From assembly GCF_036321535.1 (NCBI RefSeq), contig NC_087436.1:113772001-113836000 (forward strand): a DNA stretch of 64,000 bases. The letters are read 5' to 3'. A model generated the notes under the pieces. It searched no databases. It had not been told where the DNA came from and saw only the letters and a program-made list of their open reading frames with translations. A program made the position numbers and the translations under genes. This document shows, in pieces, positions 63,806-64,000 of the stretch (its first letter is position 1; each line of letters opens with the position of its first letter). Source of the DNA: Camelus dromedarius (taxonomy: Eukaryota).

Positions 63806-64000
63806 AATAGGGCCTCTTAAGGCACTGAAGAACTTTCTACTCTGATAAAATAGTGCAAAGCCATTGCAGAAGAACTACATAATCTGATCTGGACCTTCCT
63901 AAAATAAAGAAGCACTTGGTTTCTGGTAAGAATGGGGTGTAAGGAAGTAAGGCTAAAAAGAGATAAGACTTAAGAACTATCATGACCATCCAGGCAAATG

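Noticed and set aside
1..64000. The supplied short ORFs (60-127 aa) as protein-coding genes
   Set aside because: None is recognisable. Many use non-ATG starts, are low-complexity or lie in repeats, and short ORFs like these are expected by chance in 64 kb.
1..64000. CRISPR arrays, operons or other prokaryotic or viral systems
   Set aside because: The sequence is mammalian and repeat-rich, with no regularly spaced repeat-spacer array and no long ORFs.

Overview
This is AT-rich mammalian non-coding DNA, either intronic or intergenic, with no CpG island. Two tRNA-derived SINEs resembling the camelid vic-1 type and several young-looking L1 3' ends suggest a camelid genome (inference). I recognise no protein-coding gene, rRNA, tRNA gene or processed protein pseudogene. 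The ORF track is explained by chance ORFs, simple repeats and decayed transposons. The window is a dense fossil record of MIR, L2, old and young L1, HAL1, MaLR (MLT1) LTRs with one internal segment, and hAT and Tigger DNA elements, often nested. The most notable items are a five-segment rearranged L1 insertion inside one TSD pair, a tail-less CpG-rich L1 fragment ending at an internal A-run, a polyadenylated LTR-like retrocopy, a candidate 3-nt microexon, a fold-back palindrome and three CpG-retaining unique patches. I found no convincing novel biological system. Repeat names and boundaries were assigned by eye from remembered consensus sequences and are approximate.
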